From: Candidatus Bathyarchaeota archaeon
GTDB lineage: Archaea > Thermoproteota > Bathyarchaeia > Bathyarchaeales > Bathycorpusculaceae
Assembly: GCA_963775685.1 (NCBI GenBank)
Contig: CAVZJV010000014.1
Coordinates: 576,001-640,000, forward strand
Length of the DNA stretch: 64,000 nucleotides
Direction: 5' to 3'
This document shows, piece by piece, positions 37,159-49,073 of the stretch (the first letter of the stretch is position 1; each line of letters starts with the position of its first letter). The notes under the pieces were generated by a model. It was not told the DNA's origin, did no database searches, and saw only the letters and a list, made by a program, of their open reading frames with translations. Both the position numbers and the translations under genes were made by a program.

Positions 37159-39062
37159 GTCAAAAAACAAACCAAAAAGTTTTAGGTATAGATTTGGGAA
37201 CAACTAATTCAGCAGCCGCTATCTACGAGGGGGGACATGCCACAGTTATTCCGAGTGCTGAAGGCCCCACGATGGCTGGAAAAATGTTTCCGTCAGTTGT
37301 TGCCTTCACCAAAGATGGGCAACTTTTAGTTGGCGAACCAGCCAAACGCCAATCCACCACCAACCCCGAAGGTACCTTCTTTGAGATAAAACGCAAAATG
37401 GGCTCAGATTCTAAAGTTAACGCTTACGGCAAAGAATACAGCCCACAACAAATCTCAGCATTCATACTACAAAAGATAAAAAAAGACGCCGAAACCTACC
37501 TTGGAGGAAACATAAATAAAGCCGTCATCACCGTCCCAGCACACTTCAACGACAACCAACGCCAAGCAACCAAAGACGCGGGTGAAATCGCAGGGTTCGA
37601 AGTCATGCGCATTATCAACGAACCCACAGCAGCCTGTCTCGCATACGGCATAGACAAACTCCAGCAAGAAATGAAAATCCTTGTCTTCAGTTTCGGAGGC
37701 GGCACCCACGACGTCACATTAATGGACTTCGGCAAAGGAGTTTTCCAAGTTTTGAGCACCAGCGGCGACACACAGCTTGGGGGCACCGATGTTGACAGAG
37801 CGGTCATGGTTTACATCCTTGACGAGTTCAAACGTCAAACAGGTGTGGATGTCTCAGGTGATCGTATGGCAATGTCAAGACTAAAGGAAGCCGCAGAAAA
37901 AGCCAAAATCGAACTCTCCACCCTTATGAGCACCGACATTGACCTGCCATTCTTAACCGCAGACGCTTCGGGACCAAAACACCTACGCCTCAACTTAACC
38001 CGAACAAAACTGGAATCCCTCGCCCAACCCATCGTCGAACGTACAAGGCCTACACTACTAAAAGCACTCGAAGACGCTAAACTCAATCCACAACAAGTGG
38101 ACAAAATCATCTTGATCGGCGGTATGACAAGAATGCCCCTCGTACAACACTTCGTGGAGCAAATCTTGGGCAAAGCACCCGAACGTGGACTAGATCCTAT
38201 GGAGTGCGTAGCAATCGGCGCAGCTATCCAAGCAGGCGTCATAACAGGCGAAGTCACCGACCTATTACTCCTAGACGTTACCCCACTTACCTTAGGTCTT
38301 GAAACCATGGGAGGCGTCATGACAAAAGTCCTCGAGAAAAACACAACCATCCCCACAAAGCGCAGCCAAGTCTTCACGACAGCCGCAGACTTCCAAACCG
38401 CCGTCACCATCCATGTCTTACAGGGCGAACGCGCTATGTCAGCCGATAACGTCTCTTTGGGCATGTTCAATCTCGTCGACTTGCCGCCAGCACCAAGAGG
38501 GGTACCGCAGATTGAGGTAACCTTCGACATTGATGCCAACGGTATCCTAAACGTCACCGCCAAAGACCGCGGCACAGGCAAAGAAAACAAAATTCGCATC
38601 ACAGCCTCCACTAAACTGAGCAAAGAAGAAAAGGATCGTTTAATCAAAGACGCGGAACAATTCGCTGAGCAAGACCGCAAAAAGAAAGAAGAAGCGGAAA
38701 CCCGAAACAACGCCGACAGCCTTGTCTACACCGCCGACCGTACTAAAGCTGATCTTGCTGGAAAAATCAGCCCTGAAGAAGTCGCCAAAATCGACGCAGC
38801 CGTCACTGAACTTAAGAACGCCTTAGCCAGCAACGACATGGAACAGGTAAAAACCAAATCAGACGCGCTCCAGAAGGTTCTGCAAGAAGTCGGAACCAAG
38901 GTCTATCAACAAGCGGCTCAACAATATGCACAGCAACAACCAGGCCAACAGGCAGGTCCACAACCAGGCGCAGGACCTGACATGCCACCAAGCAGCGAAC
39001 CAGAAGAACAAGGCCCCGAAGGCGAACATGTAGTCGACTCAGAAGACTACAAAGTAAAGTAG
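37155..39062 (+). CDS. dnaK: Chaperone DnaK (Hsp70)
   Basis: [18 protein letters not shown] and [15 protein letters not shown]. Confidence 0.97.
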   Translation: MSQKTNQKVLGIDLGTTNSAAAIYEGGHATVIPSAEGPTMAGKMFPSVVAFTKDGQLLVGEPAKRQSTTNPEGTFFEIKRKMGSDSKVNAYGKEYSPQQISAFILQKIKKDAETYLGGNINKAVITVPAHFNDNQRQATKDAGEIAGFEVMRIINEPTAACLAYGIDKLQQEMKILVFSFGGGTHDVTLMDFGKGVFQVLSTSGDTQLGGTDVDRAVMVYILDEFKRQTGVDVSGDRMAMSRLKEAAEKAKIELSTLMSTDIDLPFLTADASGPKHLRLNLTRTKLESLAQPIVERTRPTLLKALEDAKLNPQQVDKIILIGGMTRMPLVQHFVEQILGKAPERGLDPMECVAIGAAIQAGVITGEVTDLLLLDVTPLTLGLETMGGVMTKVLEKNTTIPTKRSQVFTTAADFQTAVTIHVLQGERAMSADNVSLGMFNLVDLPPAPRGVPQIEVTFDIDANGILNVTAKDRGTGKENKIRITASTKLSKEEKDRLIKDAEQFAEQDRKKKEEAETRNNADSLVYTADRTKADLAGKISPEEVAKIDAAVTELKNALASNDMEQVKTKSDALQKVLQEVGTKVYQQAAQQYAQQQPGQQAGPQPGAGPDMPPSSEPEEQGPEGEHVVDSEDYKVK

Positions 39063-39538
39063 CCTTAGGCTACATCCCGCACTTTTTTTCTTTTGTATAC
39101 TTAGTTTTATCCTTCTCGAATTCTTTCACATCTTTTGCTTTAGGGAATAAAATTTGAACTTGGCAAGCTATCAGTGGCGTACATTTTGACTTTATGTGGA
39201 TGTTAAGGGTGTGAAGAAAGGGGGATAGGTCATCGTAAACTCTGTTTCTTTTCAAGAAGGACCAAATCTTGGTTTTCAATAAGGTAAGGAATGCCCTAAC
39301 CCTTTCCAACGATCCATTAATTAAGCCGACTATACAGGAGAAGCGCTAATGATTTTTTCGGTTTGCTCGGGGTCGAAAAAAATTGGGCTTCTATCATTTA
39401 TCAGCCAAACCTATGCTCGTTTCTATGACCATGGAACCTTTAGCAACAAAAAACAGTTAAAACGGGAAATACCTTAAATCCCAGTCTAAAGCATTGTATC
39501 AAAGTTCAAAAAATAGTTTAACTTAATGGTAAGATTGT

Positions 39539-40657
39539 ATGGCTGAAAAAAGGGATTATTACGAAGTTCTAGGGGTTAAAAAAGGCGCATCCAAAGACGA
39601 AATCAAGGATACCTATAGGAAACTTGCCATGCAGTTCCATCCGGACCGCAATAAAGATGTGGGCGCCGAGGAGCGGTTCAAAGAAATTAGTGAAGCATAT
39701 GCTGTGCTTAGCGACGATCAGAAACGGCAAACGTACGACAACCTTGGCCATCAGGGCTTTGATCAGCGTTATACTTCCGAGGATATTTTCCGCGGAGCAG
39801 ACTTTGACTCGGTCTTCCGCGATATGGGGTTTGGTGATTTATTCCGCAGCTTTTTTGGTGGTGGAGGATTTGGGGGCGGCTATGAGGAACGTAACCGAGG
39901 ACAAGACCTTGCCTTCAACCTTGAAATTGCACTTGAAGAAGCTGCAAGGGGCACAGAAAAAGAAATTGAAATTCCACGAACTGAACGGTGTGAGGTCTGC
40001 GGCGGTTCAGGTGCGAATCCAGGCACTTCAGCAAGGATATGCCCAAGATGCGGCGGTGCGGGCAAAATTCAGAACATGCGCAAAGCAGGCTTTGCTACGT
40101 ACGTGCAGGTGACTCCTTGTCCAACATGTAAAGGCAAAGGCAAACTTATAGATTCCCCATGCTCCAACTGCCATGGCGCGGGTCTAGTTAGGCGGCGACG
40201 TAAAATCACCGTGAAAATTCCCATGGGCATCGATGAAGGCTACCAGCTGCGTCTTCGGGGCGAAGGTGACTTTGCACCCAATGACGGTGAACCAGGAGAC
40301 CTATACGTTGTGGTTCATGTAAAGCAGCATCCGCAATTTATTCGGGAAGGAGACGACCTCTGGCACGTAACCATAATCACTTATCCGCAGGCAGCTTTGG
40401 GCGCAGATATTTCTGTGCCAACCCTTGACGGAACAACAACCATAAAAATCCATCCCGGAACCCAAGTAGGAGAAACCTTAACTCTTCGAGGCAAAGGAAT
40501 GCCACGGTTTCGAGGTTATGGCAGAGGTGACTTGATATTGCGAATCGGTGTTTCGATTCCAGAAAAACTGACCAATCAACAGAGGGCGCTTTTAGAGCAG
40601 TTGGCAAAAGAATTCGGCAATGACGTTCAGATAAAGAACCGCAAATTCAGGCTCTAA
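39539..40657 (+). CDS. dnaJ: Chaperone DnaJ
   Basis: J domain HPD and four CxxCxGxG repeats. Confidence 0.97.
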   Translation: MAEKRDYYEVLGVKKGASKDEIKDTYRKLAMQFHPDRNKDVGAEERFKEISEAYAVLSDDQKRQTYDNLGHQGFDQRYTSEDIFRGADFDSVFRDMGFGDLFRSFFGGGGFGGGYEERNRGQDLAFNLEIALEEAARGTEKEIEIPRTERCEVCGGSGANPGTSARICPRCGGAGKIQNMRKAGFATYVQVTPCPTCKGKGKLIDSPCSNCHGAGLVRRRRKITVKIPMGIDEGYQLRLRGEGDFAPNDGEPGDLYVVVHVKQHPQFIREGDDLWHVTIITYPQAALGADISVPTLDGTTTIKIHPGTQVGETLTLRGKGMPRFRGYGRGDLILRIGVSIPEKLTNQQRALLEQLAKEFGNDVQIKNRKFRL

Positions 40658-40727
40658 ACACTTCTGTCGAGCGGCGTTACAACAAAATTTTTAAACAAAC
40701 CCGCAGAACTAGAACTGGGGAAAAAAC

Positions 40728-41117
40728 ATGGCGCTTAACTTAGACTCAGCACTAATCAGCCTAATCGTTACCATAATCGTCAACATAATCTTCATTTCGC
40801 CAATCCTTTGGATTTCAGGCAGACTCTTAGTGGGCGGACAAAAAGCAAAGTTCACTGATGCCCTGTGGATAGTTGTTTTGGGAACCGTCATAAGCTCGAT
40901 TTTCGGCTACTTCTTCCAAGGAATCATCGCATCACTAATCCTTTTCGTAATAATTCTTGGCTTAGTTAAACACTTCTTCGACTGCGGATGGCTCAAAGCT
41001 TTTGCAATTAGCATCATAGCAGCAATAATCTATATTGTAATAGCGGTAATACTGGTGGAGCTAATCGGAATTGGCACAAGCTTGCTGCCCATCGGAAACG
41101 GATTCATGAAATTATAA
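40728..41117 (+). CDS. Four-TM membrane protein
   Basis: Hydrophobic; KAKFTDALWIV and KHFFDCGWLKA. Confidence 0.75.
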   Translation: MALNLDSALISLIVTIIVNIIFISPILWISGRLLVGGQKAKFTDALWIVVLGTVISSIFGYFFQGIIASLILFVIILGLVKHFFDCGWLKAFAISIIAAIIYIVIAVILVELIGIGTSLLPIGNGFMKL

Positions 41118-41607
41118 ACTACAAATCCCATTTTATATTTTTGTTAAATGCTTTTGTGACCTTTTGAAATAGAATTTAGTCTAATTTAGGTTTTTACGCA
41201 CATTCTAAGCTATGTGCAGCTTTGCTTAAGTTCAACTGTTCAATTTCTTCTAAAGCCGCCCTTAACGCTTTCTATGGGATTTGTTGTCTTCGCATTTTGT
41301 TTCTTCTTTTAGGAGTTGTACTAAGCGATAGTTAACGTAGGCTAAGAACTTCGGACGCCTTGTGAAGCGTAGGCTTCTTTTACTTTTAATCATTCTTAAA
41401 AAAGTAGTCGTAGACATCTGCCTTTACGGTTCCTTTTGTAGCCTTTTTTAAACATCTTTTTTACCCATTACTGGATATTTAATGGAGCGTACATTATAAT
41501 GTTTCAGAATAAACCCGACAAAACACCTATCGCAGTACGGGCAAACGTTACACCGCTCCAAATATATAGCGCCTTAAAACAGCAAATATTGAAAGAAGGT
41601 TGACTTT

Positions 41608-41769
41608 TTGCCAAGAAAAGGAGACAAATGCATAACTATTGAAGAGGAATTACATGCGAATATTAAAAAACGAGCAAAAGAAACCAACCTAACAATAAAA
41701 GAATATATTGAATACTTGCTTGCAAAGGAAAAAAACGCCACAGCAAACAGTGATACCAATAATATTTAG
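41608..41769 (+). CDS. Small ribbon-helix-helix protein (53 aa), absent from the ORF track
   Basis: TTG start; MPRKGDKCITIEEELHANIKKRAKETNLTIKEYIEYLL fits the RHH pattern. Confidence 0.6.
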   Translation: MPRKGDKCITIEEELHANIKKRAKETNLTIKEYIEYLLAKEKNATANSDTNNI

Positions 41770-42381
41770 GACTTAATCGCTGTTCAGGTCAGAAAACCAA
41801 CACCAGAAAATTTTAAGCACTTCGACCATCATACGAAAACCTAAACGTAAAAGAAAAACATAAAACCCCAAAACATAGAGCACTAATAATAGCAAGCACA
41901 AAACCGCAGCCCGCTTCCCCAAACGCAAAATCTCCAAAACCAAAAAGCCGCATGGCAACTCACACTACCCACACCAACTAAGCCCACCTTTCCTTGCATA
42001 AAATTTTCTTAAACAATGAAGTACAAAAAAACCATCAAAAACCCCTTTATCCACAAAACACCTTCAAACAAACATGGGAAGCAATCCCCGAACAACTGTT
42101 TGGTTGGGTCAACATTGGCAAGACACGGAGGCTCCTAAGCCCTACAAAAAGACCTTTGCGCGTCGAAACCAAAACGTGATTTGACCCGCCAAGCATAAAT
42201 TCCCAATTCTGTTTTAATACGCTCCTGCGATGCTTGCAGTGAAATAGTTGGTAGTGGAATCAATTTTTGTTTCTATTCCATTTAAATGGATTTTCTTCCA
42301 TAGGTTTGGCTGGTTCTTTGTTAGCGATTCTTATTTAATAGCAACTATAAGAAAGGTTAAGCCTTGCATACTCTATCTTAG

Positions 42382-42753
42382 GTGCGATTAAAGTTGGATA
42401 AACATAAACATGACATAAAAAAAACCCGTGTGCACTTCGTAGAATTTGATGATGTTAACTTTTCTAAGTTGGTTAAGAGCACACGCTATTTTGGTGAGGG
42501 TAACTCTCGGGGGCGGAGGTTAGAGTTTGAGTTTGAGTATTGCCTTGATTGCGATTTGAGGTTGCTTGATGGGAAGCCAGTGATGACGAGGGATATTTTG
42601 CAGGATGAACTCGAAAAATTCGTTGTTCAAGCTAAGAAAAATCGCTTTGTGGATTCTGCGGAGGCGACTGTGCAGCATTCAGATTTTGATGTTCTGGAGC
42701 GGTTGATTAAGAACGCTTTAGAATTGGGTAAACTAAAAGAAAACAAAAAATAA
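42382..42753 (+). CDS. Hypothetical protein
   Basis: 123-aa ORF convergent with acs. Confidence 0.55.
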   Translation: MRLKLDKHKHDIKKTRVHFVEFDDVNFSKLVKSTRYFGEGNSRGRRLEFEFEYCLDCDLRLLDGKPVMTRDILQDELEKFVVQAKKNRFVDSAEATVQHSDFDVLERLIKNALELGKLKENKK

Positions 42754-42776
42754 AAAGAAAGAAGAAAAAGGTTGAT

Positions 42777-44741
42777 TTATGCCTTTTTCTCGAGCTGCTT
42801 GCGCAGTTCTGCGTATGTTGCTTTGATGTCTTCGATGCTGCCTTCGTCTTCTATGGTGCTGGTGTCGCCGAGTGGGGCGCCTGTTAATACTGCCTTTAGG
42901 AGTCTGCGCATGATTTTGCCGCTGCGGGTTTTTGGTAGCTTGGCAACGATTACTACGGCGTCTGGAGTTGCGATTGGACCGATTGTGGTTCTGACGTGTT
43001 TTTTGAGTTCTGCACTAAGTTCATCTGAGGGTGTGAATCCGCTGCGTAGGACTACAAATGCGACTGGGACTTCGCCTTTAACTGCGTCTTCTTTGCCCAT
43101 GACTGCTGCTTCAGATACTGCGGGGTGTGAGACTAATGCGCTTTCGAGTTCGACGGTGCCGATTCTGTGTCCCGCTACTTTGAGGACTTCGTCTGCTCTG
43201 CCAAGCAACCAGAAGTATCCGTCAGGGTCCCTGATTGCGTAGTCGCCGACATAATAGATTCCTGGCCATTTGCTGAAGTATGTTTGCTTGAAGCGGTCGG
43301 GGTCTTTCCAGACGGTTTGTAGCATTCCTGGCCAAGGTGACTTTATCACTAGGTAGCCTTTGGTTCCTTGTGGCACTGATTGTCCTTTTTCGTCGAAAAT
43401 GTCGGCGTTAACTGCTGGCAAGGGAAGCGTGGCTGAACCTGGTTTTAGTGGTGTAAGTTCTATGCCGGATGCAGGTGAAATCATGAATCCGCCTGTTTCT
43501 GTTTGCCACCAGGTGTCGATGATTGGTAAGCGTTCTTTGCCGATGACGCGGTAATACCATTTCCATGCTTCGGGGTTTATGGCTTCACCGACTGAGCCTA
43601 AGAGGCGTAGGGTGCTGAGGTCGTGTTTTAGTGGAAGTGCTTCGCCGAACTTCATGAACATGCGGACAGCGGTTGGTGTGCCGTATAGTATGGTAATGCC
43701 GTGGGTTTCAATCATTTGCCACCAGCGGTCTTGTCCTGGATAATCAGGTGTGCCTTCGAAGAGGAAAGCGGTGATTCCCAAGCTTAAGGGTGCATATACA
43801 TTGTAGGTGTGACCAGTAATCCAGCCGATGTCTGCAACACACCAGTAAATGTCTTCGTCGTTGGGGTTAAATGCCCATTTCAAGGTCCAGTAAGCCCAAA
43901 CTAAGTACCCGCCTGTGCCGTGTTGTACGCCCTTTGGTTTTCCAGTGGTGCCTGAAGTGTAGAGAATGAACAGTGGGTCGGTTGATTTCATGCTTTCTGG
44001 TTCGACGTATGCGTTTGCACCGGCTGCTGTCAACGCGTCGTGGTACCAAACGTCTCTGCCTTCCTTCATTTGGATTGGTTGACCCGTGCGTTTGACAACG
44101 ATGACTTTCTGGATGTTTGGCATCAGGGGTGCTGCTTTGTCTGCATTGTCTTTTATTCCGACTGGTTTGCCTCTGCGGAAGCTGCCGTCTGCTGTTACAA
44201 GGATTTTTGCTCCACAGTCGTTGACTCTGTCTGCAAGTGCTTCAGCGCTAAAGCCTGAGAAAACTACTGCGTGGACGCCTCCGATTCGTGCGGTTGCAAG
44301 CAAAGTTATTGGCAACTCTGGAATAACTGGCAGGAAAACTGCGACGCGGTCGCCTTTTTCGACGCCGGAGTCTTTTAGGGCTTTTGCGAGTTTGTTTACT
44401 TCACGGTATAGTTGGTAGTAAGTGTAAGTTTTTACTTCACCCATTTCGCCTTCCCAAATGTAGGCGATTTTGTTTTTGCGTGCGGATTTTACGTGTCGGT
44501 CAAGTGCATTGTATGTTATATTGAGTTCTCCATCGGGGAACCATTTGTAGAACGGCGGGTTCGAGTCATCCAAAATTTTAGTAGGTGTCTTGAACCAGTC
44601 GATGGCTTTTGCTTTTTCTGCCCAGAACTCTTGCGGGTTTTTTATGGATTCTTCCCATAACTGTTTGCGTATTTCTCCAGAAGAAACCTTTGCAATACTT
44701 GGACTGTACTTTTCGTTGAAAGGTAAACTAGCTTCTGACAT
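42777..44741 (-). CDS. acs: Acetyl-CoA synthetase (AMP-forming)
   Basis: YTSGTTGKPKG, DTWWQTETG and LPKTRSGKIMRR. Confidence 0.95.
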   Translation of the reverse strand: MSEASLPFNEKYSPSIAKVSSGEIRKQLWEESIKNPQEFWAEKAKAIDWFKTPTKILDDSNPPFYKWFPDGELNITYNALDRHVKSARKNKIAYIWEGEMGEVKTYTYYQLYREVNKLAKALKDSGVEKGDRVAVFLPVIPELPITLLATARIGGVHAVVFSGFSAEALADRVNDCGAKILVTADGSFRRGKPVGIKDNADKAAPLMPNIQKVIVVKRTGQPIQMKEGRDVWYHDALTAAGANAYVEPESMKSTDPLFILYTSGTTGKPKGVQHGTGGYLVWAYWTLKWAFNPNDEDIYWCVADIGWITGHTYNVYAPLSLGITAFLFEGTPDYPGQDRWWQMIETHGITILYGTPTAVRMFMKFGEALPLKHDLSTLRLLGSVGEAINPEAWKWYYRVIGKERLPIIDTWWQTETGGFMISPASGIELTPLKPGSATLPLPAVNADIFDEKGQSVPQGTKGYLVIKSPWPGMLQTVWKDPDRFKQTYFSKWPGIYYVGDYAIRDPDGYFWLLGRADEVLKVAGHRIGTVELESALVSHPAVSEAAVMGKEDAVKGEVPVAFVVLRSGFTPSDELSAELKKHVRTTIGPIATPDAVVIVAKLPKTRSGKIMRRLLKAVLTGAPLGDTSTIEDEGSIEDIKATYAELRKQLEKKA

Positions 44742-44938
44742 ATGCTATCATTTCCTATAGATGCTGGGAACATTAAGTCCTTAAGAATATAAGTTTTTTC
44801 AACAAAAACGAACAAAACAAAAAACAATTAAATCATTTTTACATCAATACCATAAAAGAGTTATTTTGTGAGCGAATGGCGTCTGAAAACATTTGAAAAG
44901 CAAAATTAAAAAATAAAAAAAGGAAATGGAAAATACTT

Positions 44939-45535
44939 TTATTTTACTGGAACAATTGGCAGAACTGTTTTTCCGTTTGCTTCATTTAGAACTTCTGCGA
45001 GACCAAGATAGACTGCGCTTCCGCCGCATATGACGCCTTCGATTCCTGTGATTGTATTGAATGTTACATCTCCAAATAGGATTGGGTTGCCAGTTAGTTC
45101 TCTTATTGTCAGCATGAAGAACAATATTGCTAAGCTCATGAATACAAATTGCAGTGTGCGGTTAGCCTTTAGGGTACCAAAGAACATTGCGAAGGTAAAT
45201 AGTCCCCACATAAAGAAGTACGCTGCCATCGATGCTTCGTTTGGTGCTACTAATCCAGGAATGAATGTTACTTTTGGCAGAACAAGCAGAAGAACCAATG
45301 ACCACCAGAAGAAGCCGTAAGAGCTGAAAGCGACCATGCCAAAGGTGTTGCCTTTCTTGAATTCCATGGCGCCAACGAGTATCTGTGCTAAGCCGCCGAA
45401 AGCTATGCCCATAGCTAAAATCATTGTGTCAAGTGGAAAAATGCCTGCGTTGTGCAGATTCAAAAGGACAGTTGTAAGTCCGAAGCCTAAGAGTCCCAAA
45501 GGAGCAGGATTAGCTAATTTCTGTATTATACTCAT
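44939..45535 (-). CDS. satP: Acetate uptake permease (SatP/GPR1/FUN34/YaaH)
   Basis: [11 protein letters not shown] and [15 protein letters not shown]. Confidence 0.92.
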   Translation of the reverse strand: MSIIQKLANPAPLGLLGFGLTTVLLNLHNAGIFPLDTMILAMGIAFGGLAQILVGAMEFKKGNTFGMVAFSSYGFFWWSLVLLLVLPKVTFIPGLVAPNEASMAAYFFMWGLFTFAMFFGTLKANRTLQFVFMSLAILFFMLTIRELTGNPILFGDVTFNTITGIEGVICGGSAVYLGLAEVLNEANGKTVLPIVPVK

Positions 45536-45583
45536 TTCTATGTTTCCCCGAGTTGATGTTTTAACTGAATTCTGCAAGGTTTT

Positions 45584-48367
45584 TTATAAAGCTTTGGAAG
45601 CTGAAACGTTTCTCTTTCTTGATGTAACGTATTTGCCGACTTCCAGAGCAGTAAACACGGTAACTGCAAATAATCCAGCGACTACCCAATCAACCAGTTC
45701 AGGCGAATGCACATCGAAGAGACCCTGCAGACCGGGCACATAGAGGATAACCAACTGCAAAGCGAATGACGAGGCGACAGCAACCCAGAGAAACTTGTTC
45801 TTGAAGGGACCAACTTTGAAAACCGGGTATTTTAATGAGCGGCAGGAGAGGGCTACGGCTAATTCCATCATTACCATGGCTGTAAAAAGCGTTGTACGAG
45901 CCTCAGCCAAGTAATCTTTACCCGACTGAACGCCAAGCCATGGTTGATTAGCAAAGTATGCAGTAAGCAATAAAGCAGTCATGAAGATCGGCACTATGGT
46001 TAAGTAAACTTTGACATCTCCGCTAAATACTCCTTCGTTGGGTTTACGGGGTGCTCGCTGCATCAAATCGGGGTCGCCGGGGTCTAATCCTAAAGCGATG
46101 GCGGGCAAACCGTCTGTAACGAGGTTAATCCAAAGAATCTGCACCGCGGTTAAAGCTATAGCTGCTTCGTTGATTGTTCCAGCACTTGACCCAGGGGAAA
46201 TGATTCGGGCCAGGTAGGGTACACTGACCACAGCAAAGAACATCACCAAAATTTCCATGATATTGCACTGCAACAGGTAAGTTAGATATTTTTTAATGTT
46301 TTCATAGATTTCTCTGCCTTCCCTGACGGCTTTAACAATGCTTGCAAAGTTATCATCTGCCAAAACCATGTCAGCGGCTTCTTTCGAAACCTCCGTGCCT
46401 GTTATCCCCATTGCGATGCCAATGTCACTCATTTTCAAGGCAGGTGCATCGTTAACGCCATCACCCGTCATCGCAACCACGTCACCTTTTTTCTTCCAAG
46501 CCTTAACAATCCGAGTTTTATGCTCTGGAGCAACACGGGCATAAATTACCACAGCCTCAACTACTTTGGCAAGTTCCTCATCAGCCATCTCTTCAAGTTC
46601 CTGCCCCGTTAATACTTGACCTTTTAGCTCTGTTTCACCCAACAGTTTAAGTTCCTTGGCAACTGCAATGGCGGTGAGTTCGTGGTCGCCAGTAATCATA
46701 ACTACGCGTATTCCTGCGTTTTTGCATATAGCTATGGCGTCTTTGACTTCTGGACGAGAAGGATCAATCATGGCCATGATGCCGACAAAGATAAAATCAT
46801 CTTCTATTTGCTCACCGAATTGCTTCATATTGGCGGATAGTCTCTTGTAGGCAAAACCAAGGTTTCTTAGGGCTTGCAGAGCCAAGGTTTCGGTGACTTT
46901 GAAGTGTTTAGCGATGATTTCTTGGGTTAAAGGCTGCACTTTTCCTTCCAATAAGATTTTGCTGCATCGCTCCAAAACTATTTCAGGCGCACCTTTCATG
47001 TAAGCAACATTTTTCCCTTTTTTGGTGTGTATGGTAGTCATCCGTTTTCTTTCAGATGAAAATGGAACTTCGGCAACACGCGGCTCCTGCGTTTCCAACT
47101 CCTCTTTGGCGATTCCCGCTTTCTTTGCCGCAACAACCAGTGCACCTTCTGTAGGGTCGCCTTTCACTGTCCATTTGCCTGATTTTGGGTCTTTTTCTAA
47201 GTTTGAGTCGTTACATAATACTGCAATTTTAAGCAGCGTTTTGAGGCTCTCATTAAGCGTCTCTGCTCTTTCTTTAAATTGGAATTCTCCTTGAGGAGCA
47301 TAGCCTATTCCTGTGACTTTTATTATTTGGTTATCTACATAGATTCGTTGAACTGTCATTTCGCCTTTGGTCATGGTTCCTGTTTTGTCGCTGCAGATAA
47401 CGCTGGTGCTTCCAAGTGTTTCCACAGCGGGCAACCGTTTAACGATGGTGTTGACTTTAGCCATACGGTACATACCTATGGCAAGGGCACCCGTTATAAT
47501 AGCAGGTAACGCTTCAGGAACAGCGGCAACCGCGAGGCTGATGGCCCAAAGAGCCATTTTAACTATGTCACGGTGCTCAACAAGGACTGCTACTCCACCT
47601 ACACTTAACGCAACAACTAAAGCTAAAATTCCAATCCATTTACCTACACTACCCATTCTTTTTTCCAATGGCGTCTTCTCTTGAGGCGCAGCTTGAACCA
47701 TTTCCGCGATCTTTCCGAATTCAGTTTTCATACCCGTGCTGGTTACTAATGCTTTGCCTCTTCCGTATACAACCACCGTTCCAGTGAAAACCATGTTGTA
47801 TCGGTCGTTTAGCAGTGTAGCTTCGGGCAGCGATAAGATGGATTTGTTCACTGGCGCAGATTCCCCAGTTAATGATGCCTCGTCGTCTTTCATCATGAAG
47901 GATTCCAGAATTCTAGCATCTGCAGGAATTTTATCTCCAGTGTAGAGCAGAATGATATCGCCCGGAACAAGTTGGCTGGCGGGTATCTTCACTTCTTTGC
48001 CGTCACGGAGGACATTTGCGGTTGGTGCGGTCATTTTTTTAAGGGCTTCTACAGCTTTTTCGCTGCGGTATTCTTGGGAGAACCCCAAAACGGCACTTGC
48101 AATAACGATGGCGATGATAATGACCGCGTCCGTTACTTCTCCCACAGCAAACGAGAGCCCTGTTGCAATTAGCAAAATAATCATGAGCAAGTTGGTAAAT
48201 TGGCCGAGCAGAAGCTTGAAGGGTGAGGCGCTTTTTTCTTTTTTTATTTCGTTGGGTCCATTTATTTTGAGGCGTTCCTGGGCTTCCTGAGTAGTTAATC
48301 CGTCAACAGTGACGTTTAGCTCTACCATGGCTTCTTCAGCAGTTTCATTATGCCACTGTTTGGCCAT
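45584..48367 (-). CDS. P-type cation-transporting ATPase (type IIA-like)
   Basis: TGES, PEAL, DKTGT, KGAPE and GDGVND. Confidence 0.95.
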   Translation of the reverse strand: MAKQWHNETAEEAMVELNVTVDGLTTQEAQERLKINGPNEIKKEKSASPFKLLLGQFTNLLMIILLIATGLSFAVGEVTDAVIIIAIVIASAVLGFSQEYRSEKAVEALKKMTAPTANVLRDGKEVKIPASQLVPGDIILLYTGDKIPADARILESFMMKDDEASLTGESAPVNKSILSLPEATLLNDRYNMVFTGTVVVYGRGKALVTSTGMKTEFGKIAEMVQAAPQEKTPLEKRMGSVGKWIGILALVVALSVGGVAVLVEHRDIVKMALWAISLAVAAVPEALPAIITGALAIGMYRMAKVNTIVKRLPAVETLGSTSVICSDKTGTMTKGEMTVQRIYVDNQIIKVTGIGYAPQGEFQFKERAETLNESLKTLLKIAVLCNDSNLEKDPKSGKWTVKGDPTEGALVVAAKKAGIAKEELETQEPRVAEVPFSSERKRMTTIHTKKGKNVAYMKGAPEIVLERCSKILLEGKVQPLTQEIIAKHFKVTETLALQALRNLGFAYKRLSANMKQFGEQIEDDFIFVGIMAMIDPSRPEVKDAIAICKNAGIRVVMITGDHELTAIAVAKELKLLGETELKGQVLTGQELEEMADEELAKVVEAVVIYARVAPEHKTRIVKAWKKKGDVVAMTGDGVNDAPALKMSDIGIAMGITGTEVSKEAADMVLADDNFASIVKAVREGREIYENIKKYLTYLLQCNIMEILVMFFAVVSVPYLARIISPGSSAGTINEAAIALTAVQILWINLVTDGLPAIALGLDPGDPDLMQRAPRKPNEGVFSGDVKVYLTIVPIFMTALLLTAYFANQPWLGVQSGKDYLAEARTTLFTAMVMMELAVALSCRSLKYPVFKVGPFKNKFLWVAVASSFALQLVILYVPGLQGLFDVHSPELVDWVVAGLFAVTVFTALEVGKYVTSRKRNVSASKAL

Positions 48368-48932
48368 TTTTGTTTTCCTCGTTGAGTTTTTTATTATAGT
48401 AAATTACGCTGTGCTTGTAGAGTGAGATAACGCCAATAAAGAGAACGACTAAACTGAGAAGATATAGACTCCAAGCAAAGGGAAATCCGAAGCTGATAAT
48501 TTGCTTTTGCCATTCCCAAGGCAAAACGGGTTGGCTTTGAAGCGGCCATGCCCCGATTATTTGATAGGAGAACCCAAAAGTGGCTAACAATATGGCAACA
48601 TATTGTTTATCGGCGCTCGATTCTGGGCTTATTTTGCGTATGCTATATAGGCAAAGCATAACGGCGCCTATAACTAATGCTGGGAAACTGGTTGCAAAGA
48701 ATATGGAGTTGAAAAAGTTTCTTGGCAAAAAAGGCGAAATTGAGGTGGATGAGTAAATTGCGGCGACTTGTTCCCAGTCAGCTATTGTTGGGGAGTTGAG
48801 AATTACCGATGAGAGATAGAATACACCATATGCTGCTAAAAACAAGCCAAGCGACACCCAGTGGCTTTTGGTGTAACTGGAAACCCTGTTAAGGTAGCTT
48901 GCTTGTTTCTGGCAACTGACATTCATTGGCAT
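48348..48932 (-). CDS. Membrane protein
   Basis: About four TM helices; overlaps the ATPase start. Confidence 0.7.
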   Translation of the reverse strand: MPMNVSCQKQASYLNRVSSYTKSHWVSLGLFLAAYGVFYLSSVILNSPTIADWEQVAAIYSSTSISPFLPRNFFNSIFFATSFPALVIGAVMLCLYSIRKISPESSADKQYVAILLATFGFSYQIIGAWPLQSQPVLPWEWQKQIISFGFPFAWSLYLLSLVVLFIGVISLYKHSVIYYNKKLNEENKNGQTVA

Positions 48933-49073
48933 GCCTGTCTTTAGTTGTTTTAGTGTATCTGAAAGATATATTAGTTTTTAAGAGCTATCTCGAATTTCTT
49001 TTGTTTTTGTTTAGCCAAAAAGTTATTATGACAAAGTGACATATTTACAGCCTATACTTTTTGGTGTCTTAAA

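Noticed and set aside
37835-38710. 291-aa antisense ORF inside dnaK
   Set aside because: Long antisense ORFs opposite dnaK are a well-known codon-bias artefact.
39070-39309. 79-aa ORF between dnaK and dnaJ
   Set aside because: No recognisable motif, opposite strand and low-complexity end; unsupported.
42772-48290. Numerous plus-strand ORFs overlapping acs, satP and the P-type ATPase
   Set aside because: Antisense shadows of well-supported genes.
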